A DNA stretch of 64,000 nucleotides from Candidatus Cloacimonadota bacterium (GCA_963676615.1 OY781092.1:32586-96585); one strand, 5' to 3'. Shown: positions 31,244 to 41,709, counted from the first letter of the stretch. The notes: generated by a model from the sequence alone, not told the origin. Numbers and translations: made by a program.

Positions 31244-32107
31244 ATGAGACACCTAGCATTATTTAACGGCATCGGTGGCTTTCAGCTCGCTGCCGATTGG
31301 TGTGGCTGGGAAAATGTAGCTCATTGCGAGATTGACGATTTTTGCAATAAGGTGGTAGCTCGTCATTTCCCACACTCAAAATGCTACAAAGATATAAAAA
31401 AATTTACTGGGAGTGAATATCGTGGAACAATTGACATTATTTCGGGAGGGTTTCCGTGCCAACCCTTTTCTGTCGCTGGGCAGCAACGAGGCACGGCAGA
31501 TGACCGCTACTTCTGGGACGAAATGTTTCGAGTTATTACAGAGGTTAGACCCAGATGGGTCGTTGCAGAAAATGTTGGCGGGTTTATTATTATCGACAAC
31601 GGGCTGGTATTCGAGCAAACGATTTTTGGCTTGGAAGGTGAGGGCTACGAGGTGCAAACATATATTATTCCAGCTTGTGCCGTCGATGCCCCGCACAGAC
31701 GAGACAGGGTTTGGATTGTTGCCTACGCCGCAGACGCAGGGATTAAAGGTTTGCAAAAATCGAAAATCGGTGCTGATGGATTTGGAGATGCTACCGACGC
31801 CGACAGCGTCGGACGGAACGGGAGGGGTGGCAAAAAATGTGCAAATTCGGAACGGCAGAGCGGTGAGAACGAACAAGAAAGGCGAGATCTGGGGCGTGAA
31901 GCTCAAAGATGTGGCAGAGAGTTTACACAATCAACCTGGGACAACTTCCCGACTCAATCCCCGATTTGTCGAGGAAATGATGGGATTTCCAGTCGGCTGG
32001 ACAGAATTAAAGCGCTAGGGAACGCAATCGTCCCACAGGTGGCATTTGAAATATTCAAGTCAATTGATAAAATAGAGAGGGGAAATGAAATGTCCCAAAT
32101 GCGGTAG
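31244..32107 (+). CDS. DNA (cytosine-5)-methyltransferase (see finding on split motifs)
   Basis: Motif I FNGIGGF, IV GFPCQPFS, VI ENVGG, VIII RRDRVWIVA, X LGNAIVPQVA. Confidence 0.8.
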   Translation: MRHLALFNGIGGFQLAADWCGWENVAHCEIDDFCNKVVARHFPHSKCYKDIKKFTGSEYRGTIDIISGGFPCQPFSVAGQQRGTADDRYFWDEMFRVITEVRPRWVVAENVGGFIIIDNGLVFEQTIFGLEGEGYEVQTYIIPACAVDAPHRRDRVWIVAYAADAGIKGLQKSKIGADGFGDATDADSVGRNGRGGKKCANSERQSGENEQERRDLGREAQRCGREFTQSTWDNFPTQSPICRGNDGISSRLDRIKALGNAIVPQVAFEIFKSIDKIERGNEMSQMR

Positions 32108-32324
32108 TCATCTGAAAAACAAACGGACTCGGCAAATTTCAAAAACATTCTGTATTGTTGAATATTATTGCTTTAAATGTGCAAAAAAATTTAAGGCTGA
32201 TTTGAATTTGAAAACGCATAGTGTGGATAAACCGATTACATTTGAAGAAGAAAAAAAATGGGAGAGACCTCAAAATAACTTTTGTGGTGGAAAGAGCCAA
32301 TCCACCACAAAGCATATTGACTAA
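32085..32324 (+). CDS. Small zinc-ribbon protein
   Basis: CPKC...CFKC pairs. Overlaps the MTase 3' end. Confidence 0.4.
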   Translation: MKCPKCGSHLKNKRTRQISKTFCIVEYYCFKCAKKFKADLNLKTHSVDKPITFEEEKKWERPQNNFCGGKSQSTTKHID

Positions 32325-32488
32325 CGAAGGCAACCTCTTTCTTTAGAGAGAAGATAAGGAATAGAGGGTGTGATGAAAATAATAAATGTTATAGGTTCTG
32401 TCAGAGGGGGCGGGGGTGTAATGGGTTTATTCTCGAGGCGCGCCCTTTTTTTTCACACTGCGTTTTTTTTTGGGCGAGGTTGCTAGGT

Positions 32489-33019
32489 ATGGAACTTGTG
32501 ACTGCCAAACAGCTAGCTGCAATTCGAGGATGCACTCCTCAAAATATCTACAAAGAAAAAGTGCCGAAAGCAAAAAAAGGTTATTACGATCTCAAAAATC
32601 CAGCGGTGCGAGAATTTCTAATCGCACCCTACAAACGAGCTTGGATAAAAGAGCAAGAATCCAAGCAGTCTCAAATGGCGGTAAATCCTGCAAATTCAGA
32701 CCTTAAAGAACAGTTGATTTTTGAAAGCAAAGAGTTTAAAAAAAACCAAAATAAAAAATTGAGGCTCGAATATTCTATAAAAAAACAAGAATTAATTCCC
32801 GCAAAATTGATGATGATTTGGGTTGGTTACTTCGCATCTGCGGTTAGCACAAATTTTTTGAATTTAGGAAGCAGGGTTGCCAGAGGTGATGTCAAATTGC
32901 GCGACAAAATAGAGGGTGAGGTAAAACTTGCAATTCGCAAAACGAAAGAGTTCGCGTTTAAGTCGCTCAAAAAAGACGGACAAAATATGATTGACGAGCT
33001 GGAAGGGTTGGATGCTTAG
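32489..33019 (+). CDS. Putative terminase small subunit (HTH)
   Basis: N-terminal HTH-like VTAKQLAAIRGCTPQNIY. Immediately upstream of and overlapping the large terminase. Confidence 0.55.
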   Translation: MELVTAKQLAAIRGCTPQNIYKEKVPKAKKGYYDLKNPAVREFLIAPYKRAWIKEQESKQSQMAVNPANSDLKEQLIFESKEFKKNQNKKLRLEYSIKKQELIPAKLMMIWVGYFASAVSTNFLNLGSRVARGDVKLRDKIEGEVKLAIRKTKEFAFKSLKKDGQNMIDELEGLDA

Positions 33020-34913
33020 ATTGTTGACCAAATCTGATCTCCACAACGCTATAAATCTAATAGGTTTGACTGCCAATCGGATAATTCCTGAGGAAATAAA
33101 CAGAACAAAAGTGTCTGTTTGGGCTCAGGAAAATAGAACACTAAAAGAGGGTCCGTTGCAAGGCGCATTTTCTTTTAGTTTTACACCATTTTTGCGAGAG
33201 ATTGCCGATCGCCTTAGTCCGTCCGACCCTTGCCGAGAGGTGGTGGTGATGAAAGGCACGCGCCTTGGGGCGACTGTGGGAGTTGGTGAGAATTGGATCG
33301 GGGCGACCATTGACGCTTTCCCTTGTGAGATGGCTTATATCACAAGCGGTGGAGATATGGCGGGGGCGCAAATGGATTTGCGAGTCGATAGCCTTATTAA
33401 CAATTCTGGCATCGCCGAAAAAATCGGTAATGTCGAAAAAAGGGAGACTCAAAAGAAAACTGGCGACCGCAATGTGCGCAAAAATTTCCCAGGTGGCTAT
33501 TTAATGGCAGGTGGTCCAAAAGCGCAATTTATCAAAAGAGCGTTCGGGTTTAAGCAATTATATATCGATGAGGTGGACGCGTTTCAAGATAACATCGATA
33601 AAGAGGGCGACCCTGTGGCGCTATATCGGCGGCGGGTGGATACATATCCCGACAGCTCCAAAATCTTGTGGACTTCGTCGCCTCTTTTCAAACACAATTC
33701 CAAAATTTATAGTCTTTATAAGGAGGGTGATCAGCGCAAGTTTTTTGTGCCCTGCAAAGATTGTGGGCATATGCAGTTTTTGCGTTGGGGCAAAAAAGAC
33801 AAGCCGGGCGGACTAAAATTTGAACACACTGAAGATGATAAGTTGGTGGAGGGTTCGGTCTATTACGAGTGCGAAGAGTGCGGCTCGGTATGGACGAACG
33901 CAGATAAAGACATTTTTTTGGCAAAAGGACAGTGGCGACCGACTGAGGACAGACCTCGCAATCCGCAAATTAAATCTTACCACCTTCCACAATTATATTC
34001 GCCGATTGGGTTTCGATCGTGGGAGAGTGGAGTTCGACAATTTTTGGAAATCAAGCACGAGGGGTTTCCAATTTTGAAATTTCAAAACTGGGTGAATACA
34101 TTTTTGGGCGAGCCGTTTGAGAATAGAACTGAACGACCGAAAATTGAGCGGCTTTTGCAACGCTCTGGCGAGTATAACAAAGGTAATCTTCCAAAAAATG
34201 CCAAACCGCTATTTTTAACAGCGTGGGCGGATGTGCAAAAAGACCGTATCGAATGTGAGATTGTGGCACACGGCAAAAATTTCGTGACTTGGAGCGTGGA
34301 TTATTTGGTTTTTTATGGAGACACAGCAGACGAGTCTTCCAGTTGCTATACCAAATTTGCGTCTGCAGTGGCAAAGAGCTGGGCGGGTCACAACATTATT
34401 TTGGCAGGTATTGACGCAGGCTATAACACCAACATCGCATCAAGTTTTTGTGATAATGTGGATTTGCCGATTTACACGACGATGGGGTTTGAGCGAATTA
34501 GCAAATTGTCGATAAAAATGGTGGCACTTCCAGATTTTGCTAAAAGTAGAATTGAGATTAACACGGCGGTTTTTAAAGAAGAAATTTATAACAATTTAGC
34601 GAAATCTAGACAAGAGGACGGCACCTACCCCCGCGGTTTTATGCACTTCCCGCAGAACTATGACCGCAAATATTACAATATGTTAACGGCTGAAGATAAA
34701 GTGCGTGAGGTCAAAAATGGTGTAGTAAAAATAAAGTGGGACGCAAAGTCACGGCGGAATGAGGCTCTGGACTGTAGAGTTGGCAATTTGGCTTTGCGTA
34801 ACGCAGTAAGAGAGCTGATTAACGACGAGCTGGTGGGGATGGGTGAAATAGAAGAAAAAGAGCGGGTGAGCTGGGACGATTTTTGGGTTGTAATGGAAAA
34901 TAGAGAGGGGTAA
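32991..34913 (+). CDS. Terminase large subunit, lambda GpA family
   Basis: WAQENRTL..GP..G.FSF.FTPFLREI.D.L and VVVMKGTRLGAT (Walker A-like) resemble GpA. About 640 aa. Start may be ATG 33012. Confidence 0.9.
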   Translation: MTSWKGWMLRLLTKSDLHNAINLIGLTANRIIPEEINRTKVSVWAQENRTLKEGPLQGAFSFSFTPFLREIADRLSPSDPCREVVVMKGTRLGATVGVGENWIGATIDAFPCEMAYITSGGDMAGAQMDLRVDSLINNSGIAEKIGNVEKRETQKKTGDRNVRKNFPGGYLMAGGPKAQFIKRAFGFKQLYIDEVDAFQDNIDKEGDPVALYRRRVDTYPDSSKILWTSSPLFKHNSKIYSLYKEGDQRKFFVPCKDCGHMQFLRWGKKDKPGGLKFEHTEDDKLVEGSVYYECEECGSVWTNADKDIFLAKGQWRPTEDRPRNPQIKSYHLPQLYSPIGFRSWESGVRQFLEIKHEGFPILKFQNWVNTFLGEPFENRTERPKIERLLQRSGEYNKGNLPKNAKPLFLTAWADVQKDRIECEIVAHGKNFVTWSVDYLVFYGDTADESSSCYTKFASAVAKSWAGHNIILAGIDAGYNTNIASSFCDNVDLPIYTTMGFERISKLSIKMVALPDFAKSRIEINTAVFKEEIYNNLAKSRQEDGTYPRGFMHFPQNYDRKYYNMLTAEDKVREVKNGVVKIKWDAKSRRNEALDCRVGNLALRNAVRELINDELVGMGEIEEKERVSWDDFWVVMENREG

Positions 34914-34914
34914 G

Positions 34915-35151
34915 ATGTTTACTGAGGCAGAGATAAGAGATAAAATTGCTAAAATTTCGGGAGCGATAGATCAAGTTTTGAGCGGCGGGAAAACCTATAT
35001 GCTGAGTGATGGGCACGGTTCGCAGACGGTAACTCGCTCTACGCTGGGCGAGCTTCAGAGAGGTTTGGAGTATTGGAAGTCTGAGTTGATTAACTTAATT
35101 GGTGCGCCTGCGCTGGTATCGACAGGAGCAAGTCGCCGTGAGTTTTTTTAG
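34915..35151 (+). CDS. Head-tail joining protein, gpW-like
   Basis: 78 aa between terminase and portal. The LSGGKTYMLSDGHGSQTVTRSTLGELQ pattern resembles gpW. Confidence 0.65.
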   Translation: MFTEAEIRDKIAKISGAIDQVLSGGKTYMLSDGHGSQTVTRSTLGELQRGLEYWKSELINLIGAPALVSTGASRREFF

Positions 35152-36637
35152 TCGTTTTAGCAAGAAAGAAAAGAGCCCGCAAGCGCTTTTGCCGCATCCA
35201 TTGCCGATAACAGTTTTTAGCTCGCAAACTACCAATCCGTTTTCGTTTGCCGATATGCCCGAACAAAATTTTGCTGCTCGGCGTCAGCAGGCACGGACAG
35301 TGATGGCAGAGTCGCTAATTGCCAAAAATATTGTGCAACGGCTGTGTGATAATGTGGTGAACGCTGGGCTAAGCTGGGAGTCAACCCCGATTTGGGATTT
35401 AATCAAAGACGCGCCAAAAAGCGAAGATGAGCGCAAAAAATTTACCCGCAAAATCGAAAACAAATGGAAATTGTATGCAAACAGCAAAGAGGCGGATTGG
35501 CGAGGTCAATTTACCCTGCAGCAGTTGCAAGTGCAGATTTTTAAAAAATTTTTGAACGAGGGTGAGTTTTTTGCTGTTATTCGTTATTTGAATAGTCACA
35601 CACGGTTATCGCCAGTGACAATCCAGATACTTAATAATGACCAAATTGTGCAGCCAACCGACTCGGCGCTGATAAATAACGCAAAGAAACGAGGCAATTC
35701 GATTGTCGAGGGCATCGAGTTTGATTCTACGGGGGCAGAGGTGGCTATTTATGTGCTGAAAAAAATGGGGGAGACCCCAGTTCGTATTTTGTTTTTTGGC
35801 GAAAAGTCAAAACGGCAATTTGTTATCCACGGCACCAATCATCAGTTCCGAGGCAAAAGTCGCCTGGCAGATATGGTTTACGAATTAGACCGCCTGTCAA
35901 AATATGACGAGGCGGAGCTAGAGGCGACTGTTACTGCGTCTAAATTTGTGGCGGCTGTTGAGTATAAGAATGAATATAAACAGATAGGAAATCGCCTGGC
36001 AGGTGGTATAAGCCTGGGGGGGGCTAGAAAAACGGCTAAATCTAAGACTCCAGAAGGATTGGAGAGGCAAGAGATTGACGGGCAGGCGCTTATTATTAAC
36101 AATTTGCCGCCTGGTGCGGAGTTTAAGGGATATCAGCCTAACCGTCCTAACGCAAACTACGAAAAATTTGTGGATAGTTTTTGCACACGCCTGGCTGGAC
36201 TCTGGGGGATGCCGCTTTCGATTTTTAAGATGCTTTTTTCTAGTTCTTATTCGGCTGGCAGAGCGGAGGTTTTGCTTTTTTGGAATTCGGTGCAAGTTTT
36301 TAGAGCTGATTTCGTGAGTGGATTTTTGAACGATTTTAAAAAAGCGGTGGTGAGTGAATGGGAGAAAAAGGGTGAGCTGAAAATGGATGGATTTGGTGTG
36401 CCCGCCGTGCGAGAGGCTTGGCTCTATGGCTCTTGGACGGGGATATCTCGACCTGTGGTTGACCCTGTGCGTGAGATAAACGCAATAAAATCTCGTATTG
36501 CCGAGGGACACACGACAAGGGAGCGAGAGTCCAAAGCGTTCAACGGTAGTGATTTCATCGAGAATATCGATCGTCTCAAAATTGAGAACGAAGAGTTGGC
36601 TAAGGCAAGAGGTAAATTAGAACAGGAGGCTAAATGA
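35138..36637 (+). CDS. Portal protein (lambda-type)
   Basis: About 500 aa, follows gpW. GTG 35138 start overlaps the gpW end. Confidence 0.85.
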   Translation: MSFFSRFSKKEKSPQALLPHPLPITVFSSQTTNPFSFADMPEQNFAARRQQARTVMAESLIAKNIVQRLCDNVVNAGLSWESTPIWDLIKDAPKSEDERKKFTRKIENKWKLYANSKEADWRGQFTLQQLQVQIFKKFLNEGEFFAVIRYLNSHTRLSPVTIQILNNDQIVQPTDSALINNAKKRGNSIVEGIEFDSTGAEVAIYVLKKMGETPVRILFFGEKSKRQFVIHGTNHQFRGKSRLADMVYELDRLSKYDEAELEATVTASKFVAAVEYKNEYKQIGNRLAGGISLGGARKTAKSKTPEGLERQEIDGQALIINNLPPGAEFKGYQPNRPNANYEKFVDSFCTRLAGLWGMPLSIFKMLFSSSYSAGRAEVLLFWNSVQVFRADFVSGFLNDFKKAVVSEWEKKGELKMDGFGVPAVREAWLYGSWTGISRPVVDPVREINAIKSRIAEGHTTRERESKAFNGSDFIENIDRLKIENEELAKARGKLEQEAK

Positions 36638-37680
36638 CAAAAATTGTGATAGAGGGGATAATCGGATGGGATGTGACGGCGGAGAGTGTTCGTCCGCTGG
36701 TGGTCGCCGCCGAAAATGAGATAGACTTGGTGGTCAATTCGCCCGGGGGGTCTGTTTACGAGGGCATCGCTATTTTTAATCTTTTGCGTGATTTTCGCCG
36801 CGGCGGTGGAGTTGTAAACGCAAAAATAAAAGGGCTGGCGGCGTCGATGGCTACTTATGTGGCGATGGCGGCAGATAGTGTGTCGGTGGAAGATAATGCC
36901 GTTTGGATGGTTCACAATCCGTGGAATATCAGCGTGGGCGATGCCAGGGAGATGCGGAAAGAGGCGGATATTTTGGATGGACTGGCTAAAATCTTGCGCA
37001 AATCTTACGAGCAAAAAACAGGCAGAGACGATGTGGCGAAGCTTATGGATGATGAGTCGTATTTTTACGGCAGTGAAATTGTGGACAGTGGTTTTGCGGA
37101 TAAATTGATAATGGCAGCTGAGGGTGCAGAGAGCAAGGAACAGTCTATGGCGCTTTGCAAAATTTCTCTGGAAAATTGCGTTTCAAGATTGCGGCAAGAG
37201 CCAGAAAAAAATCAGTTAGGTAAGGTGGCCGCTCTTTTGCCACAAGCACAAGAAAAAATCGAGCCAGAGGCTCGACCAAAACCAGCCGATAACGGCAAAA
37301 ATACAGGAGGTCAAATGACTATCGAAAAATTAAAAACAGATCATCCCGACATCTACGCTTTGGCGGTTGATGCTGGCGTGAAAAAAGAGAGAGACAGGCG
37401 CAACGCGATTGTGGACATTGGCAAAGCTGACGCCGAAAACAGCATTCTCGCCGAGGTAGTGGCACAGGCGGTGCAAGATGGAACCGCTCCTGAAAGCCCT
37501 GCCCTTGCCGCCAAAGTTGCCGCGGCTATCAGAGATGGCAAAAAAATAGATGGCGAAAATCCGCCAGCTGTGGATACTCTCCCAGATGCAGACCAGACGC
37601 CTTTGTCTAAAGCGGAGAAAGCAACTTGCCGAGCGTTGGGGATTAGCGAAAAAGCGTTTAGAGAGCAAAAGGAGGCTTGA
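36634..37680 (+). CDS. ClpP/S49-like head maturation protease fused to scaffold-like C-terminus
   Basis: NSPGGSVYEGIAIFN and GLAASMATYVAMAAD serine-protease motifs. The C-terminal half is helical and charged. Confidence 0.8.
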   Translation: MTKIVIEGIIGWDVTAESVRPLVVAAENEIDLVVNSPGGSVYEGIAIFNLLRDFRRGGGVVNAKIKGLAASMATYVAMAADSVSVEDNAVWMVHNPWNISVGDAREMRKEADILDGLAKILRKSYEQKTGRDDVAKLMDDESYFYGSEIVDSGFADKLIMAAEGAESKEQSMALCKISLENCVSRLRQEPEKNQLGKVAALLPQAQEKIEPEARPKPADNGKNTGGQMTIEKLKTDHPDIYALAVDAGVKKERDRRNAIVDIGKADAENSILAEVVAQAVQDGTAPESPALAAKVAAAIRDGKKIDGENPPAVDTLPDADQTPLSKAEKATCRALGISEKAFREQKEA

Positions 37681-37682
37681 TA

Positions 37683-38096
37683 ATGGCACTTACAGCATCA
37701 CAACAGTTAGAAATAATGGGGAAAGCAAACAGATTGCCTCAAAAATTGGCTGCCTCGGGCACTTATTACAGAGGTGGGTTGATGGTTTTTAATGCGGCAG
37801 GATTTTTGGCTGCGACAGGTGGCGGTGTGCCAGCTGGCGTGTTAACTGGATATGGGTTTGAGCCAGGCGAAGAGACGCAAATTGTGCCAGCTGGTGCAAA
37901 TCCTGTGGCAGAAATTGAGGTCGGGCTTGTTTGGGTGCCGTTTGCTGCTGCCCAATCCGATGTGGGTTCTACTTTTTACATCGCCGACGATAACACAATA
38001 ACCAAATCCGCAGGTGACAACACGCACGGCTTGATTTGCAAGGGCTACAAAGCTGGATTTGTGTTGTTAGATTTCGGCAATATTGTTGCCGTTTAA
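37683..38096 (+). CDS. Head decoration / DUF2190-like protein
   Basis: Small Gly/Ala-rich beta-type protein between protease and major capsid. AAGGAGG SD. Confidence 0.5.
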   Translation: MALTASQQLEIMGKANRLPQKLAASGTYYRGGLMVFNAAGFLAATGGGVPAGVLTGYGFEPGEETQIVPAGANPVAEIEVGLVWVPFAAAQSDVGSTFYIADDNTITKSAGDNTHGLICKGYKAGFVLLDFGNIVAV

Positions 38097-38111
38097 AAAA
38101 AAGGAGAAAAA

Positions 38112-38987
38112 ATGTTAATAAATTCTAGCACTTTGAAGCCAGGTATTGATGCAGCGTTTAGCATAGCTTATGCGGGGATGCTAACTCGGGACTACTTGAA
38201 GGCGTTCAGCACAATTTTTATGGAGGTGCCCAGCACTGGCGCTCAAAATGAGTATGCGTGGCTTGGCGATGTGCCAGGTGTGCGGGAGTGGATTGGTGAC
38301 AAATCGCTGGCAGGATTGAAAGATTACGATTATGTGATCAAAAACAAAGATTATTATTCTGGGTTTGCTATCGACCGCAACGAGCTGGAGGATGAGCAAC
38401 TTCCCGCAATATTGCCACGCGTGGCGATGCTGGGCGAAGATGTAGCCAAGTGGCCGCTGGAGCTGGCAATCAATGCGCTCAAAATGGGACAAACTGGTCT
38501 TGCTTTTGATGGTAAGCCATTTTTTAGCGATAGAGGCACAAACGACAACCTGCTATCAGGCACAGGCATCAGCGCCGCTCAAATCAAGGCTGATATTACC
38601 ACCGCCAGAACTACAATGATGAAGTTTGTGTCAGATACTGGCAAAAAACTTGGCTTGCAAATGGACACCATCGTCTGCCCACCCGAGCTGGAAGCGTTGT
38701 TTTTGGAGGCGTGCACTTCTGTAGTTGGTGAGACTGCCGCTCGACCTGCAGCAGGCTGGATTAAGAATGTGGTGGTTGCGCCAGAATTGACCGACAGCAG
38801 CGACTGGTATGGTCTTTGCACATCCAACGCTATCCGCCCAATAATCGTGCAAAAGCGTAAAGATGTTACTACAGTTTTGGATGACTCTGAGGTCAAGAAA
38901 AGTAAAAAGTTGAGCTACTCTGCGGAGATGCGAGGTAATGCTGGCTACGGATTTTACCAGATGGCAGTGAAAGTCGTGAATAGCTAG
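38112..38987 (+). CDS. Major capsid protein, Mu gpT family
   Basis: YAWLGDVPGVREWIGDK closely parallels Mu gpT YGWLGQFPKLREWIGQR. The DRNELEDE region is also collinear. Confidence 0.85.
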   Translation: MLINSSTLKPGIDAAFSIAYAGMLTRDYLKAFSTIFMEVPSTGAQNEYAWLGDVPGVREWIGDKSLAGLKDYDYVIKNKDYYSGFAIDRNELEDEQLPAILPRVAMLGEDVAKWPLELAINALKMGQTGLAFDGKPFFSDRGTNDNLLSGTGISAAQIKADITTARTTMMKFVSDTGKKLGLQMDTIVCPPELEALFLEACTSVVGETAARPAAGWIKNVVVAPELTDSSDWYGLCTSNAIRPIIVQKRKDVTTVLDDSEVKKSKKLSYSAEMRGNAGYGFYQMAVKVVNS

Positions 38988-38996
38988 GAGGCGTAA

Positions 38997-39360
<364 letters not shown>

Positions 39361-39364
<4 letters not shown>

Positions 39365-39699
39365 GCCTAAGAGAGCAAGCTCGCCAAGATTTTGCCGCTA
39401 ATCTTGTGATCGACGGGGACCAGGTCGTAATCACTTATGAGGATGCGTCCACGCAAAAAATAATGGGGAAAATAGTGAGGGTGGATAATCAGCTTGACCC
39501 AGTTGGCGTGCCGTATCGAGAGCCACGCACGATTGTGACTTGCTCGCTAAGCTCTTTGAACAAGCAAATTACAGATAACACGCAGATAGAGATTGCAGAC
39601 TCTGAGGGTAATAAATTGAAGTCTAAATGCAGCGATAGGAGCTACGATCGCACCCTAGGGTTTGTGTCGATAACAATGGAGGTGCTGGATGAGAGCTGA
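39361..39699 (+). CDS. Phage structural protein (head-tail connector region)
   Basis: Position between the head and tail modules. No motif recognised. Confidence 0.5.
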
Positions 39700-40243
39700 T
39701 TTTGATATTTTTATCGAAAAATTGAGTCACGCTCTTGTGGCATTTTCGGATGCGCAAAATCCAAAATTAAGGTTTAAGGTGCTGACAGACGATTGGCGAG
39801 CTCGACAAGGTAAGCGGGGCGTCTATGTGCATGTAAATTTTGCCAGCTTGCACGCGCAGAACGATTCTAAGGATTGTAAGCAACATCGGGCTATTGTCAA
39901 TCTGGATTGTATATCGATTGCTGCTGCTACAAATAGTAAAAACGGTTCTAAAATTACGGCGGAGCGCAATCGCTATTTGGTGCAACAGATTTGGGAGGCT
40001 ATTTTTGACCAAAACGATCCAAATTTGGGAATGCCTGTCGGGGCAATGGCGAATTTGAAAATCGACTCTGTCTCTGCTTTTCCAGATGATATGGCAATTG
40101 AGCTTGGGTTCCAAGGATTGCGTGTGGTTGTGTCGGCTGAGTTTGGGTTTAATCCAGCGGCTGCAACGGGGCATAAATTGGAAGAAATATCTGCAACAGC
40201 GCCGAATTGGGGTGCATTTTTTAATAATGAGGAGGGAAATTGA
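39689..40243 (+). CDS. Phage structural protein (tail completion/terminator region)
   Basis: Position immediately upstream of the sheath, with an overlapping stop/start. Confidence 0.5.
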   Translation: MRADFDIFIEKLSHALVAFSDAQNPKLRFKVLTDDWRARQGKRGVYVHVNFASLHAQNDSKDCKQHRAIVNLDCISIAAATNSKNGSKITAERNRYLVQQIWEAIFDQNDPNLGMPVGAMANLKIDSVSAFPDDMAIELGFQGLRVVVSAEFGFNPAAATGHKLEEISATAPNWGAFFNNEEGN

Positions 40244-41691
40244 TAAGTTTTAATAGTATTCCACAAAACGCCGCCGCTAGTGGTGTATATGTGGAGCAAG
40301 AAAATGTGAACAGAAATGCTGGTTCGCCGATTTTAACCAGACGAATTTTGGTGATTGGACAATTCAATACAGGCAAAAATCCAGCCGTAAATAAACCGCA
40401 GTTGATTATTAGTAGAAACGATGCGTGGGGGCGGTATGGCAGAGGTTCGATGCTGGCGATTATGCTGGAACACGCCCTGCAATATGGCAAAGGCTCGGAG
40501 GTTTATGCTCTGCCAATAGCAGACGGCACCGTGGCAAACACTTGGACGCTAGAGGTGGCAGGAACAGCCACCGCCGCAGGTGAGTTGGCTGTCTATGTTG
40601 AGGGCAAAAAGCTCTCTATGGCAGTGGCTAGCGCAGACACAGCCCAGAGCGTGGCGACTAGAATTGCAAACGCTTTCACGGCTGATTTGGATTTGCCAAT
40701 AACAGCGACCGCTAGCAATGGCACAGTGACGGTGACTAGCAGATGGAAAGGCGAGAGTGGTAAACAAATAGACATCTCGGCAAATTTGGGCGGAGAGTCT
40801 ATCCCCGCGGGGCTGAGCTTGTCTATTGTGGACAACGAGGATGGTGCAGGCGACCCGCCTATCGCTGCAGCTCTGGCAAATTCCAAAGAGATTTGGTTTA
40901 CTGAAATAGCAAATCCCTATAATAGTGTCGATAATATCGCGGCTATGGAGGCTCACGGTGAGGTGGTGAACGCCCCGCAAGTAATGAAGCAATTTGCGGG
41001 ATTTGTGGGTTATACAGACGCCATCACGAAATTTTTGTCGATGTTGGGCGGCAGGAACTCGCAATGGACGACCTTTGTGCCAGTGCCGGGTAGCGTGACG
41101 AGTGCTTATCGTTTGGCTGTTATGGCAGCGACGCTTTTTTCTGCTAGCAATGGAGCAGAGCCTGGGCGCCCTGTGAAAAATCTAAAATTGACTAACGCCA
41201 AAGCGGGCAATGCGGATATGAGCCAGCAAAAAGATTTGATCGTGCGCGCGGGTGGATCTTGGACGATTAACAACGGGGATGGCACGGTAACCATCGGCGA
41301 CCTCTGCACAACTCGCACCACCGACGACGCAGGAGCCGACACAGACGATTGGAGGTTTACAGATATTATCTCCAATATCCAGTTCAAAATCTACGCTCTT
41401 GGTCAAAAACTTTTGCAAGAGCCGTTTAGTCGAGGCGTGGTGTTGGCTGATGAGGCGAGAGTGGCTCCAACTTATGGCGTGCGCCCAAAAACGGTAAAGG
41501 GAATGGCGATTGGGCTTGTGGACGATTGGGTGGCTCGCGGGCTTACCACAGACAGAGATAATGTAGTGTCTGGAATTGTGGCTGAGATAGATGCCGCCAA
41601 TCCAGGGCGAATAAATTTGCAGATTCCAGATACACCCTCGGCAGGTTTGCGAGTTTTGGCGGCAAAATTGCAATGGGGTTTTTTGGTTTAA
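40240..41691 (+). CDS. Contractile tail sheath protein (Mu gpL-like)
   Basis: 483 aa. N-terminal F.SIP.N...SGVYVE...A and RILVIGQ patterns. Followed by tube and chaperone genes. TTG start with a GAGGAGGG SD. Confidence 0.85.
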   Translation: MISFNSIPQNAAASGVYVEQENVNRNAGSPILTRRILVIGQFNTGKNPAVNKPQLIISRNDAWGRYGRGSMLAIMLEHALQYGKGSEVYALPIADGTVANTWTLEVAGTATAAGELAVYVEGKKLSMAVASADTAQSVATRIANAFTADLDLPITATASNGTVTVTSRWKGESGKQIDISANLGGESIPAGLSLSIVDNEDGAGDPPIAAALANSKEIWFTEIANPYNSVDNIAAMEAHGEVVNAPQVMKQFAGFVGYTDAITKFLSMLGGRNSQWTTFVPVPGSVTSAYRLAVMAATLFSASNGAEPGRPVKNLKLTNAKAGNADMSQQKDLIVRAGGSWTINNGDGTVTIGDLCTTRTTDDAGADTDDWRFTDIISNIQFKIYALGQKLLQEPFSRGVVLADEARVAPTYGVRPKTVKGMAIGLVDDWVARGLTTDRDNVVSGIVAEIDAANPGRINLQIPDTPSAGLRVLAAKLQWGFLV

Positions 41692-41709
41692 TTTCTAGGG
41701 AGGAAAATA

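Noticed and set aside
32373-32486. 37-codon ORF (MKIINVIGSVRGGGGV...) in the gap upstream of terS
   Set aside because: It has no convincing SD and reads through the G-run and T-runs. It is more likely non-coding cos or regulatory DNA.
35918-37014. Minus-strand ORFs of 196-197 aa inside the portal and protease genes
   Set aside because: They are antisense to well-supported phage structural genes. Their composition is typical of shadow frames.
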